Source: an uncultured Deferribacteres bacterium (GTDB lineage: Bacteria; Zhuqueibacterota; Zhuqueibacteria; Zhuqueibacterales; Geothermadaptataceae). From it: 64,000 bases of DNA. Shown here one piece after another: positions 47,947 through 57,850 of this stretch (the first letter of the stretch is position 1; each line of letters opens with the position of its first letter). Under the pieces are notes generated by a model that was not told the origin of the DNA, made no database searches, and saw only the letters and a program-made list of their open reading frames with translations. A program made the position numbers and the translations under genes. Location: contig CAXHAT010000003.1 of NCBI GenBank assembly GCA_964014485.1, forward strand, positions 30,359 to 94,358, read 5' to 3'.

Positions 47947-50035
47947 CGACAGTTACATTAAATGATTCGATCGGAGCCGCACAGACCAGTTCATGGTCAT
48001 CTATGGGAACCCGCACTTCTGTTGGCAGCAGTTCTTCGGGGCGTTCATTGGCTGGTTTCACCAAGAACTTTTTGACATAAAGAACGTTGGGGATTCGCCT
48101 GACAACCTCAAAAACGTCCGGTAAGTAGACGTTCTCTCCGAACTCCCAGGTTTTTGCAACCAAGCCGCTCTGGTCGACCGGATGGAAAAAATGAAAAAGT
48201 TCGTTCTTGACTACTTTTTCCATTTGTATTTTATCGTGTCCATCGGGGATGATTATTTCACAATCCACAAAAATTTCTACAAAGAGGGGGTTATGGACAA
48301 ATAACTCACTCGTCACCACTTTCCGGGGTACAAAATAGAACAACAAGTCCGTTTTCAACGCTTCCGTAGGAAATGGTTGTCTTTCTTCAATAGATGCCGC
48401 CGGCGCCACAATAAGGTTGACCTTGCCAGGAGTTCGATCTATCGGAGTTATTACATACGTATTCTTTTTGGGATTCCATTTTGGCCCCAGGCAGCGCACA
48501 ATGGCGATTTCCGTGCTGGCGAGCTTTGCCAGACGCTCATAGTCTTCGATTGTTACGGCACGGTTGCGGTTCTTGAGCGCTTCGGGCCCGCGCTGGAGCG
48601 CTTGTTCTTGTGATTCCCAATCGGTTCCGCCGCGCGCCGGTTTTTCATTGCTCACGCCGGCCATGTTCGGTCCCGGCTTGCGTAGAATTGTAATTTTTCC
48701 TTTGGAAACATTGGCGTCGGCGCCGTTGGGAACGTAGCGATAACGCTTGGCAATAATCCGGCTGCCTTCCGGCGGAATTTTGCCGAATTGTTTAGTCGTC
48801 GTGTTTTCGGTTTCCGGCGCCAAACCGCTTCCGGAACCTGTCGTGCTGCTACTGCTGGTTTGCCCGCCAAAACGAATTTCTCCAGTGACGGGATCGCACA
48901 GAAATTCGCGCTCGCCCCCAACTACCGCTGAAAAGCCATCCACGCATTTCCACTCATTTTCTTCGCCTGTTGAGGATTTAACCACGATTTTTACATGGTT
49001 TAGTTGATCATCTTCCCATGCTTCCTGAAACAGGGGTTGATTGCGAAGTTGAAAAATTTGCCGCGCTTCGCCATTGCTCACGCCCAAAGTTTCGTTTTCT
49101 ACAGTCATCGTGTTGTGCGCGGAAATCGTATCTCCGGCGATCGCGCGAATCTTAAAATTGATGTCGCCGCCTCGGGCAATCAGCGCTTCTTTGAAATCGA
49201 TGGCGATCCAGAAAAGCGGGTCTTCTAATTTGTCATCGTCCGTTGCCGGCTTCCAGTTATGATCCTTGAGTGTTTGTTTTTTCCACTTTGTTTTGTCAGC
49301 ACTGAATTCGACCCGTCCCGGCTGGTCGAAGCCGAAGCGGTTTTCGCTCAGTCTGCCCAAAGTTTCGCTGCGCACATTTTCAAGCAGGGCGAAGGTTCGG
49401 TTCTTGGCTTCTCCTGCAGAATATTTCCATTGCGGGACGTCTGATTCGCGGCGTTTGGTTACGTCCAACGTGATCGTAAGAGGCGTTTCCACAGCTTCGC
49501 TGAGTGCGACGCCAATAACGAGCATTTTGGGCGCGCCGGGGTTCATGTTGATCTCAACGGTTTCGTCGGCGTTTTGGAGCAGCGCTGCGGAAAGGTTTTG
49601 ATATGTTTTGGCGTTCACATCGACAAGCACGCAGGCGGAAAGCGGCATGGCCGTAAACTTGCGGTCGGTCTCGAAGACAATGCCGTCGCGTTCGCCCTGA
49701 GGCGGCGTGGAGACTTGCGTGCCTTTTGGAATTTCTACAGGGTGATCACCGGAAATCTGGAACTTTACATCGACGTGCGCCGGATTGGGCGGTCGGCGGA
49801 CAATGCCCATAAGTTTCAGAAACTCGATTTTGTACTTTTTCGGCACGCGGTTGAGGCGGTAAATGGCCTGTTCCATCAGCCAAGCAAAAAGCTCGATGAG
49901 CACAATGCCCGGATCGGACGGATTGTGGTCGGTCCATTCCTTGGTGTATTTCGGGATCAGCTTTTTTGCCTGATCGACGAGGTCTTGCCACGTGCGGTCG
50001 TCGAGATTGGGGGATTTTAGCCGGGCTTTGGTCAT
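47939..50035 (-). CDS. baseplate J-like protein (Afp11-like)
   Basis: PNLDDRTWQDLV, WTDHN.SDPGI.L.ELFAW, YRLNRVP, RAVT.EDYE.LA. Confidence 0.92.
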   Translation of the reverse strand: MTKARLKSPNLDDRTWQDLVDQAKKLIPKYTKEWTDHNPSDPGIVLIELFAWLMEQAIYRLNRVPKKYKIEFLKLMGIVRRPPNPAHVDVKFQISGDHPVEIPKGTQVSTPPQGERDGIVFETDRKFTAMPLSACVLVDVNAKTYQNLSAALLQNADETVEINMNPGAPKMLVIGVALSEAVETPLTITLDVTKRRESDVPQWKYSAGEAKNRTFALLENVRSETLGRLSENRFGFDQPGRVEFSADKTKWKKQTLKDHNWKPATDDDKLEDPLFWIAIDFKEALIARGGDINFKIRAIAGDTISAHNTMTVENETLGVSNGEARQIFQLRNQPLFQEAWEDDQLNHVKIVVKSSTGEENEWKCVDGFSAVVGGEREFLCDPVTGEIRFGGQTSSSSTTGSGSGLAPETENTTTKQFGKIPPEGSRIIAKRYRYVPNGADANVSKGKITILRKPGPNMAGVSNEKPARGGTDWESQEQALQRGPEALKNRNRAVTIEDYERLAKLASTEIAIVRCLGPKWNPKKNTYVITPIDRTPGKVNLIVAPAASIEERQPFPTEALKTDLLFYFVPRKVVTSELFVHNPLFVEIFVDCEIIIPDGHDKIQMEKVVKNELFHFFHPVDQSGLVAKTWEFGENVYLPDVFEVVRRIPNVLYVKKFLVKPANERPEELLPTEVRVPIDDHELVCAAPIESFNVTVVD

Positions 50036-50126
50036 GCTTTGCTCACTTTACTCATAATTTTGGAAGTCGGAGCTTTTTAAAATCCAAATAATGGGAGTCA
50101 AAATGATTTTGTTTTTTTGAGCCGGG

Positions 50127-50516
50127 TCAGGTTTGTTGCAGATAAAACGGATAAACAAGGTTGCCCGGTTCGTTGGTCGATTTGATGCGGTAACGCACTT
50201 CTATATCCAGTCTTGCTTCTTCGTGACTGTTTTTGACTGTGACTTCATCCACGGAAATGCGCGGCTCCCAGGTTTGCAGGGCTTCTTCAACGTAGTAGCG
50301 CGCGAGGCTGGCGGTGGCGGCGTTGTTGGGCGCAAAAACCAGGCTGCGCAGATTGGCGCCAAAGTTTGGCCGCATGACGCGTTCGCCGTGCTGGGTGCGC
50401 AAAATCATCAAAATCGACTGCCGGATTTTTTCCTGCTGTCCCGCGGTCTCAATGCCGCCGCGGGCGTTGGTTTTAATCGGTAAGGCCAAGCCTTTGCCGA
50501 GGAAGTCGGTGTTCAT
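50127..50516 (-). CDS. GPW/gp25 baseplate protein (Afp9-like)
   Basis: FLGKG..P, IRQSI..IL.T..GERVMRP.FG, WEPRI, NLVYPFYL. Confidence 0.95.
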   Translation of the reverse strand: MNTDFLGKGLALPIKTNARGGIETAGQQEKIRQSILMILRTQHGERVMRPNFGANLRSLVFAPNNAATASLARYYVEEALQTWEPRISVDEVTVKNSHEEARLDIEVRYRIKSTNEPGNLVYPFYLQQT

Positions 50517-50532
50517 GTTTTATTTTTTGCGT

Positions 50533-50871
50533 TTAAATTGCTGTAAGTTTAGTTTGGTTGGCAGTCGCGTTTAGATTCCCTATGGGTTTTCCATCCGTTT
50601 TGCCTACAAGCGTTTCGAGCAATACAGGCTTTCCACCGACTGTAAGTTTGGAGGTTTCGCTACCCAAAATCGATTCAACTTCCACACATGGTTGAGTCGT
50701 ATTTGACACTTGAATCTTGCACGCTGTAACTGTCTTCCCATTCACACTCTCTTTTGTCAGCACACTACTCCCTGCGACGCAGAGTTTTGCTGAACTATCT
50801 ATTTCGACGATGCCTGCATGAGGACCCTGATCGCAAAGCACTGTACTACTCATCGTTAAAACATTCGACAT
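50533..50871 (-). CDS. PAAR-like spike-tip protein (Afp10-like)
   Basis: VL.....V.C...H.G.V, C........PC, K..VGG.PVLL, A.QTK; lies between VgrG and gp25. Confidence 0.75.
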   Translation of the reverse strand: MSNVLTMSSTVLCDQGPHAGIVEIDSSAKLCVAGSSVLTKESVNGKTVTACKIQVSNTTQPCVEVESILGSETSKLTVGGKPVLLETLVGKTDGKPIGNLNATANQTKLTAI

Positions 50872-51009
50872 AACTGCACCAAACTTATTACTGCTCAATT
50901 CGACCTATCATTAGGGCGTTGCCGCAAACTTTGCTTTACACTTTAAACTAAATTCCAATATCCTATTTTCCTGTTAACAATCGTGTTCTACCAATTTCAT
51001 CTTTTCTCA

Positions 51010-52860
51010 TCAACTGACATCCATCTTGCCAGAGACGGTCACATTGACATTTTTTGCAGTGAGATCGATGTTATTTGTCGCGCTTAAGGCTATGTCCGTG
51101 CTTGAACCAATTTGCACTTTTCCTTGCGAAGCTATCACTAAATCGCTGACCGTATTAACCGTCAATTTACCAGCATTGTCGATCATGATTTTTGCACCGC
51201 TGGAGCCTTCAATGACGATGTTTCCCGTAGCGCTGTCGATGTCGACCTTGTTGCCAGCCGCGTCGAGGGTGATTTTTTGGCCTTGCGCGGCGTTGGCGGA
51301 GATCGCGCCCAGGTTATCGATTTTGATTTTGGCGCCTGCGGGGTTTTCAAGCGTGACTTCCTGCTTTCCCGGATCATCGGTCATATTCACTTTCACGCCG
51401 CTGCTGCTCTCCAGCGAGACGCCGCCTTGCCCCGGCAGGTCGCTGAGCACCAGTTTGTGGCCGTTGCGGCTGCGGATGATTTTCTGTTTCAAGCTCGTCG
51501 GCGTTTTGCCGTCCGGGTGACCGGTTTTCACATTCCAGGCGACGCCGGTGACCAGCGGCCGGTCAAAATCGCCTTTCTCGAAATCGACCAGGACATCTTC
51601 GCCAACATCCGGCATGAAGAAGTTGCCGATGTCCTGCTGAACGACTCTCGCGGTCGGAGCAAACAGTTTTTCATCGATGCCGGGAAAAGAAAGCTGAACC
51701 TGTCCCAGGCCGGTTGGATCGACGTTATTGATCACTTTGCCGATTACCTTGCCGTTCATCTTTTTTTGCTTGTTCGGCGACTCTTCGTCTTCCAGCGCTT
51801 TTCGGAAGAACTGCATCATATTGTCGCTGTTGCGCTGGGTCACTTCAAAAGTCGTGCGGTAGCCGCCGCCGTCAATGCTATGCTTGACGCTTCTCAGCCT
51901 GTACTTGCCACTGAAGCGCTTGCCCAGCCCGCTGATTTCAACCATTTCCCCGGCGCGCAATTCCGGCAGGCCAATACATGTTCCACTGCCTTCGAAAAGC
52001 CCTTCAAGTAATTCCTGTAAAATGGCTTTGGCAAATGTGAACGCGTCCGGAAAAGATTTGATTGAGACGTTGGTGACGTTCTTTATGCCAAAATCGGCAA
52101 TCTGGTCGAGAAACGATTCACCAAGCCTTTCGGTGATTTCGTCGAGATTGAAGTCGGTCGCGATCACAGGCACAAGCCCGACAATTGTTTGCGCCAGTTT
52201 TTGATTGTAATCCGAGACCTTGATCAATCCCTTTTGCCCGGAGGTGGAAATTTTCGGCGAGAACGAGCTGAGATTTTTGCCCCATTCCAAATGCACCGCT
52301 TCCGTTTGCGGGCGCGGCAGGCGAAAATAGAGCTTGTCCCAATGCACAAAAGTTTCAAAGAACGTCTGGCGCGCCAACTCTTTCAAAAGCGTCATGTCGG
52401 GGCAGTCCTGCGATTTGGATTCGAAGACCGCCGGTGTGGGATCGACCGCGGGTATGAGCAGATGCTCCGCCGCAATCTGTGCCGCGATCAGAGATGCGTT
52501 CGAAAAAAGAAATGAGCGCGTTTTGTGGTTTTTGCGCATCCGGTGCGATTTGTCATAGCCGGTAATCCCAATTGTCGGAGCGCCGGATTCCGGGAAGCTG
52601 GGGTTGACTGAGACGATTTCGCCCAGCATCATCGGCTTGAGATTTCCGGCGTAGCCCATGTGGATTTCCACTTCTTTGCCGACGCTGAACAAAGGCGAAT
52701 CGGTAAATCGCAGATTTGAATTGTCCAGCGTCACGTCAAACTTATCGGCCAGATCATGATTATTATCATAGCTTAAGCTGATGACGGCTTTTTTAACATC
52801 GGCTTCCATGGTCAAGCCGCTGATCCTGACTTCGAAATCCGGGGCGTAGTATTGCTGCAT
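51010..52860 (-). CDS. VgrG-like hub-spike protein (gpD/gp27 + gp5 OB + beta-helix; Afp8-like)
   Basis: YYAP.F, G..CIG.PELRAG..V.I.GLG.RFSG.Y, G.V..N.DP.GLG.V, MP.VG..VLV.F..GD..RP. Confidence 0.92.
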   Translation of the reverse strand: MQQYYAPDFEVRISGLTMEADVKKAVISLSYDNNHDLADKFDVTLDNSNLRFTDSPLFSVGKEVEIHMGYAGNLKPMMLGEIVSVNPSFPESGAPTIGITGYDKSHRMRKNHKTRSFLFSNASLIAAQIAAEHLLIPAVDPTPAVFESKSQDCPDMTLLKELARQTFFETFVHWDKLYFRLPRPQTEAVHLEWGKNLSSFSPKISTSGQKGLIKVSDYNQKLAQTIVGLVPVIATDFNLDEITERLGESFLDQIADFGIKNVTNVSIKSFPDAFTFAKAILQELLEGLFEGSGTCIGLPELRAGEMVEISGLGKRFSGKYRLRSVKHSIDGGGYRTTFEVTQRNSDNMMQFFRKALEDEESPNKQKKMNGKVIGKVINNVDPTGLGQVQLSFPGIDEKLFAPTARVVQQDIGNFFMPDVGEDVLVDFEKGDFDRPLVTGVAWNVKTGHPDGKTPTSLKQKIIRSRNGHKLVLSDLPGQGGVSLESSSGVKVNMTDDPGKQEVTLENPAGAKIKIDNLGAISANAAQGQKITLDAAGNKVDIDSATGNIVIEGSSGAKIMIDNAGKLTVNTVSDLVIASQGKVQIGSSTDIALSATNNIDLTAKNVNVTVSGKMDVS

Positions 52861-53180
52861 GTTTTAGCTCAATAATCCTTAAAATTTCACGCAAGGATGC
52901 AAAGTCAAAATAGTGGCAGGCAAAATAATAATTTTGTCTTCCATCATTTTGTCTTCGCCAAACCACTTCTTTTCGGCCGGATTGTTCATTTACTTTGGCA
53001 ATAAATTTTTCGAATAGTCGGATTATGTGGCGATTTCTTTACTTTTTATGAGCATTTCCAAAAAGGTTTGACCAAAATTTATTGACATGTTTCGTGAATT
53101 TCGAGTAAAGAACTTTGACCTTTTGTCTAAAAAACGACGCTTGAAAAATCGCTGACCGTTCGGGATGAGATATTTTCGTT

Positions 53181-53810
53181 TCACGGTCTGACCAGGCTCG
53201 CCGCCTTTGGGATGATCAGGCTTGTTCCGGGCGGTATTTTTCTGGGGTGATCAATGTTGTTCAAATTCGCAATCTCACGCCAGGCCGCCGGATCGCCGAG
53301 CACTTCGCCGGCAATTCCGCTGATTGTTTCTCCAGCCAGAAAATTGCGCACCGACGGCGGGCCGATGAACAGTCCGCGTTTGATTTCGATCTGCACCGGC
53401 TCGTATTCTTTGAACGTCACCGAAAGCGTGGCGCGAACCGGCGTGCCCTCGCTCAAAAACATGGTGAAGCGTTGGCTAACGCTGTCGAGCACGCATTTGA
53501 AATTGACCCCGCCCCAGGAAAAGAGCAAGATCGGCGGCGCTTTCAGCGTCGGGTCTTTTTCGAGCAATGCCGTAATTTTGCGCGTGAATTGTCGTACATC
53601 CTGTTCAAGCTCGTAGGCGTCAAAAAACAAGTCCATCTTCAGCGTTTTCAGATTGCCGCGAACATACTGCAAGGGCGGCGATTCCAGTCCCGGCACGCCG
53701 ATTTCCGCGAAAGTATTGCCCTTGTCCAGCGTATACTCTTCCGGGTTGAACATCACCTGGAATTGTTCATTGGTGACAGTGTTCAGCAATGTGGCTTTTT
53801 CCAGCGGCAT
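53181..53810 (-). CDS. tube-initiator/LysM protein (Afp7-like)
   Basis: V.FNP.EY, PP...F.WG, FT.F..GTPVRA, GET.S.IA......AWR.IA..N.I..P. Confidence 0.92.
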   Translation of the reverse strand: MPLEKATLLNTVTNEQFQVMFNPEEYTLDKGNTFAEIGVPGLESPPLQYVRGNLKTLKMDLFFDAYELEQDVRQFTRKITALLEKDPTLKAPPILLFSWGGVNFKCVLDSVSQRFTMFLSEGTPVRATLSVTFKEYEPVQIEIKRGLFIGPPSVRNFLAGETISGIAGEVLGDPAAWREIANLNNIDHPRKIPPGTSLIIPKAASLVRP

Positions 53811-53812
53811 CT

Positions 53813-55489
53813 TTAGGCTCCTCTTTCAAAATCACTTTTCAATCGCTGCAACAAATCGCGATAGATTTCATCTTTCAAGCGTTCCATGTTGAAGCCGCCG
53901 GTTTGAGCGATTGTTGACTGGCGAACATTTTCAAACGGCGTTTGTGCGAGGTCTCGTGAAGCTTCAGCAAACATCACTGGTGTAGCTGCGGCGCGTGCTT
54001 GAACAATCGGCTGCATCGGCGCGACGGGTTGCGGCGTCGCCGGGAATTCATAGCTCACATCGGCGGACGGCCCTTTCCGCAGGACGAATTTTTCAGACGC
54101 TAAGGCGGCATCTTCTTGCCGCCGATTTTCCATTACAGACGGCGGGGAAGGAACACTTTCAGACATCTGTTGCGCCACGTGCGTCATCTCATGCGCCAGC
54201 ACGCCCCAATCGCGTCGTTTTTGTAGATTGGCGTATTCTTTCCGCACATAAATATTGGGCGCCCAGGCCATCGCGTCTGCATGTTTCTCGCGCAAATATT
54301 GATCGGTTTCTTCACTCGCGATCAGATGCGTTTTGGGCGGCCTGGTTTGCCATAAGCGTGAAAAAACATTGACAATCGCCGGAGGAATTTCGCGTACAAT
54401 CGGCTCACCTTTTCTGCGCGATTGCATCGGCTTTGGCGCGTCTTGCCCGAAACGACGACCTGGTTCCGATGTTTTTGGCCTAAGCGGTTCTGCCAGCGCT
54501 GTTACATCTTGATGCGCTTCAAGATATTCCAACGTCTGCGTCCGGGACGATCCTGATTCACCGGAAACACGAATTTCAGTAGCGTCATCATCTTCTCCGG
54601 ATCGTTCCGAAGAAGAAATGGCGCTCGCGGAATCTTTCCTGTCTTCGATGAGTTCCTGTTCAGGCGCTTCTTCGTCTGTTTCTGCAAAAATAAGCTTCGA
54701 GGCTCCAAGCGATTGATCTGCGCCGACAGCGCCTTCAGTTTCTACGGTTTTATTTTTTTGATCCGGTAAGAATCCTGCTTCAGGATGTGTAGGCGATTCG
54801 GTCACGGAACTTTGTTTTGGTTTGATTGCCCTCTCTTTTGCGCTATTTTCTCTTCTATCCTTCTTTGAAAGGGAAATTTCGTGTGCATCGCTTTTTAAAT
54901 CGTCGGATGGGTCAAAACTTTTCTCCATCATTTCCGGCGTTGATTCACTCTGCATGTTACGATGCGTCGAGCGCCGAATTTCAGGCGTATCGTTTTCCCG
55001 TTCCGTTTCGGCAATCGTCGATATTTGCGCCCGTGCTATCGGCTTCTCATTATCGATCTTGTGAGAAGTCAGGAGTTGTCTGTTCAAAGTTTGCGTCAAG
55101 GCGCGTTTAGTTTTAGGATCAAGATTGATCATATGAACCGGAGCCACTTCTCTGATCAGTTTCGGAACCGAAAAATGCATAATTTCGTGAACTTTTGTGC
55201 GCGGAACTTTGCGTGATTCGGGTGGTGTCCGTTCGGTTGCGGCGGCAGAATTATCATCTTTAAAAACGAACGGCTCAGCCTCGCCGGTTGTGAGATCGAT
55301 TTCTTTGCGAGTAAAAGACGGCAACTCGCCTGAATACCCGTACTGCGTCGCAATCCGCGCAGGGAGCTGGTCCCACGGTATGAATTGCCGTCGAGACGTG
55401 AACCGCCGTTGCATCGAAAGCAATAACTTCAGTCCGAGCGTCTCGACCACAGCATCGGCGGGAAGGCCTTTCGGTTGTTTTTCATTCAT
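53813..55489 (-). CDS. DUF4157 (eCIS core domain) protein with long low-complexity region
   Basis: ADAMAW..NIY, VLAHEMTHVAQQ, E..A..E; C-terminal MERLKDEIYRDL..RL..DFERG. Confidence 0.8.
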   Translation of the reverse strand: MNEKQPKGLPADAVVETLGLKLLLSMQRRFTSRRQFIPWDQLPARIATQYGYSGELPSFTRKEIDLTTGEAEPFVFKDDNSAAATERTPPESRKVPRTKVHEIMHFSVPKLIREVAPVHMINLDPKTKRALTQTLNRQLLTSHKIDNEKPIARAQISTIAETERENDTPEIRRSTHRNMQSESTPEMMEKSFDPSDDLKSDAHEISLSKKDRRENSAKERAIKPKQSSVTESPTHPEAGFLPDQKNKTVETEGAVGADQSLGASKLIFAETDEEAPEQELIEDRKDSASAISSSERSGEDDDATEIRVSGESGSSRTQTLEYLEAHQDVTALAEPLRPKTSEPGRRFGQDAPKPMQSRRKGEPIVREIPPAIVNVFSRLWQTRPPKTHLIASEETDQYLREKHADAMAWAPNIYVRKEYANLQKRRDWGVLAHEMTHVAQQMSESVPSPPSVMENRRQEDAALASEKFVLRKGPSADVSYEFPATPQPVAPMQPIVQARAAATPVMFAEASRDLAQTPFENVRQSTIAQTGGFNMERLKDEIYRDLLQRLKSDFERGA

Positions 55490-55512
55490 CGGTGACCGTG
55501 AATCATTTTTTC

Positions 55513-55602
55513 TCACGCAAAGGCGCAGAGACGCAAAGGTTTCGCAAAGGAAAATTTTAAAAACCTTTGCGCGTTCCTTGGCGGCTTCGCGTCTTTGCGT
55601 GA
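55513..55602. repeat. palindromic element family B
   Basis: TCACGCAAAGGCGCAGAGACGCAAAGG...CCTTTGCG...CTTTGCGTGA. Confidence 0.8.
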
Positions 55603-55614
55603 TTTTTTTTCAGC

Positions 55615-55785
55615 TCAATTCTTTCGCTTGTTATACCGCGCATTGATTTTTGAGATTTCCTCCACCCAGTTCAGTCGCAGTCTGTGTTCCAGGTGAAGAA
55701 TTTCGCTCATCGGCCAATGAAAATGATAAGCGACAAAGGCTACCTCCTCATAGAGCGATTTGAGAGGGTAGCCTACGATTCCCCC
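55615..55785 (-). CDS. DUF6760-like domain, probably translated as a -1 frameshift extension of the chaperone
   Basis: GYPLKSLYEEVAFVAYHFHWPMSEILHLEHRLRLNWVEEISKIN; no own start codon ahead of the conserved part; overlaps the chaperone end at GGGGGAA. Confidence 0.8.
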   Translation of the reverse strand, partial: GGIVGYPLKSLYEEVAFVAYHFHWPMSEILHLEHRLRLNWVEEISKINARYNKRKN

Positions 55786-56144
55786 GACTGGTTGAGCTCC
55801 AATTCAAAGGGATGTTCGCATTTCGGGCATTTCGCCTGCGCCGTCGCCCTGCCGTGCAAGTTGATTCGGTTGTAAAAATCCTGCAAGTAAGCCAGGTCAG
55901 CCGAGTACAGTCCTTCAATCACTTTCGGGTTGATCTGCTGTACCGAACCCAGCTTGATGACCACGCGCGCGAGCAGAATGATAATGAGATAAGCCTGATT
56001 GGCCTGCACGCGCGGGTCTTTCAGCGGCAGAATCTCATCGGCGGCGGTGGCCAGACGCATCACGCCTTTGCGGTGCAAGTTGCCCTCAGCATCGACGTAA
56101 CCCAGCGGCAAGGTGAATTCGTGTTCGCTTTGAAACATCATCAA
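55773..56144 (-). CDS. tail assembly chaperone (gp41/TAC-like)
   Basis: F.F.LP.GY.D..G..H..G.MRLATA.DEI.P..DPRV..N.AYL, DL.YLQ.FY..IN, CP.C. Confidence 0.88.
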   Translation of the reverse strand: MMMFQSEHEFTLPLGYVDAEGNLHRKGVMRLATAADEILPLKDPRVQANQAYLIIILLARVVIKLGSVQQINPKVIEGLYSADLAYLQDFYNRINLHGRATAQAKCPKCEHPFELELNQSGES

Positions 56145-56575
56145 GCTCGCTGAATACCTTCGTGTGCAATCGTCAGCGTCTCGATGGCGACGTCATTGGC
56201 GGTTGAGTCGAACGAAGGCCCTTCCCACTTGCTCAACCATGCATTAACGAAATTCCAACGCACCGCTTCTTTGCCTTCCGAATCCAGAACGATAATCGAG
56301 CCGTTTCGCCGGTCAGATTTGCCGCTGACGACTTTGGAGCGCCATTGCCAGAGTTCATCCGAGTCCGTCAAACCGCGTTTGAGCGTGATGTCCGAATAAC
56401 TGGTTCTGCCCCAGAGTTTTCGCGACGCGCTGTTCTCGCCGCCCTCACGATATTCCACGATTTCGGTGGTTGAATCGAGGCCGCTGCACTCTTTGAAACC
56501 CGCCTGGGTGATGCCATCCATCTCGATGAGAAAATTATAATTCAAGTAGGGATCAACCCTTTCTCCCGTTGCCAT
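56141..56575 (-). CDS. tail tube protein (T4 gp19-like, Afp1/5)
   Basis: DPY...NF..E.DG...AGF.ECSGL, YREGG, ITLKRG, W.GP.F......AIE.L...HEG. Confidence 0.95.
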   Translation of the reverse strand: MATGERVDPYLNYNFLIEMDGITQAGFKECSGLDSTTEIVEYREGGENSASRKLWGRTSYSDITLKRGLTDSDELWQWRSKVVSGKSDRRNGSIIVLDSEGKEAVRWNFVNAWLSKWEGPSFDSTANDVAIETLTIAHEGIQRA

Positions 56576-56635
56576 ATCGCCCTCCTGTTTTAGCGTTCAA
56601 ATCGTTTTTAAAAAGGTGGATTTGCGTCAATTGAA

Positions 56636-57802
56636 TTATGCCGGTGAACCGGCGGACTGTTGAATTCGAAAAATGACAAACTCCGCCGGATCGACCAACC
56701 GAACGCCGATTTCGGTAACAACCTGTCCGGCTTTGCGAACCGATTCCGGATTTGTCTGTGCATCACATTTCACATAGAAAGCGTCTTCCGGCGATGCGCC
56801 GAGAAGCGCACCGCTGCGCCAGACGTTGGTCAGGAATGCAGAAACGTTGCGCCTGATTTTTTGCCACAAGCTTTGGTTATTCGGCTCAAAAACCACCCAA
56901 CGTGTGCCCTCGTCAATCGATTCGCTCAGAAAATTAAAGAGTCTGCGAGCGGTAATGTATTTCCATTCAGGATCTTCTGACCATGTTCGAGCGCCCCAAA
57001 CGCGTGTCGTACCGTTGAAATTGCGAATAAGGTTGACGCCTGCCGGATTCAGTTCTTCTTGTTTCGCCCTCCCCAATCTGTACTTAACATCTGAGGCGCC
57101 TCGTACAGCGACATTTGCCGGCGCCTTATGTACGCCGCGAGTTGCGTCGGTACTGGCATAGATGCCGGCAATATGCCCGGACGGGGGTGCATAAGTTGTT
57201 TTATCGTCGTCGCCCGTGGATAGAGGATTTGTCACCTCGATCCACGGAAAATAGAGCGCCCCATAACCTTTGTCGGAATAGTTGGCGCCAGAAATGGCTG
57301 CTTTATCAATCGCACTTTCGTCCACTTCATCTTTGCCATCGAGAATCGCAAACCGATCTCCCATATTTGTGCAATGGGACAAAATTGCATTCTGGACGCC
57401 GCCATCGGTAGCTCCGGGAATGGCAACGATGGCAATTTCATCGATCTCTTTGAATGTGTCCAGCGCTTCTCCATACTCAGCAGCCTCTGCATCTTTATTG
57501 GCAACACGAACAACATAACAAGACGTGCCGCCATTATCGAAAAAGCCATAAACTGCATGGGCTAATGTCTCGTTCCCCGCTTGAAAATCGCCAAAAGTCG
57601 CCTTGAAGTCGTCCCATGATGTCACATGTTTTGCTTTTTTCTCAGCAAAAGAAACCTGGCCTCCGCCCAGTTCATCCGACAATGTGACGGAGTCCTCGAC
57701 AATACCCGCGAATCCGGCTGTGCTTGTACCGACGCCCTCGATTGGCTTGACCGCCGAGGGCACTTCTTCGACGTAAACGCCGGGAGCTAGATAGGTTGGC
57801 AT
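56636..57802 (-). CDS. contractile tail sheath (Afp2/3/4-like)
   Basis: MPTYLAPGVYVEE, FF.NGG..CY, PPSGH.AG, RGVHKAPAN, VWGART, VFEPN, PAEFVIFRI. Confidence 0.96.
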   Translation of the reverse strand: MPTYLAPGVYVEEVPSAVKPIEGVGTSTAGFAGIVEDSVTLSDELGGGQVSFAEKKAKHVTSWDDFKATFGDFQAGNETLAHAVYGFFDNGGTSCYVVRVANKDAEAAEYGEALDTFKEIDEIAIVAIPGATDGGVQNAILSHCTNMGDRFAILDGKDEVDESAIDKAAISGANYSDKGYGALYFPWIEVTNPLSTGDDDKTTYAPPSGHIAGIYASTDATRGVHKAPANVAVRGASDVKYRLGRAKQEELNPAGVNLIRNFNGTTRVWGARTWSEDPEWKYITARRLFNFLSESIDEGTRWVVFEPNNQSLWQKIRRNVSAFLTNVWRSGALLGASPEDAFYVKCDAQTNPESVRKAGQVVTEIGVRLVDPAEFVIFRIQQSAGSPA

Positions 57803-57850
57803 CTTTGTTCTCCTTTTGGTTTTGGTTCGATTCGTATTTAAATCGGTCTT

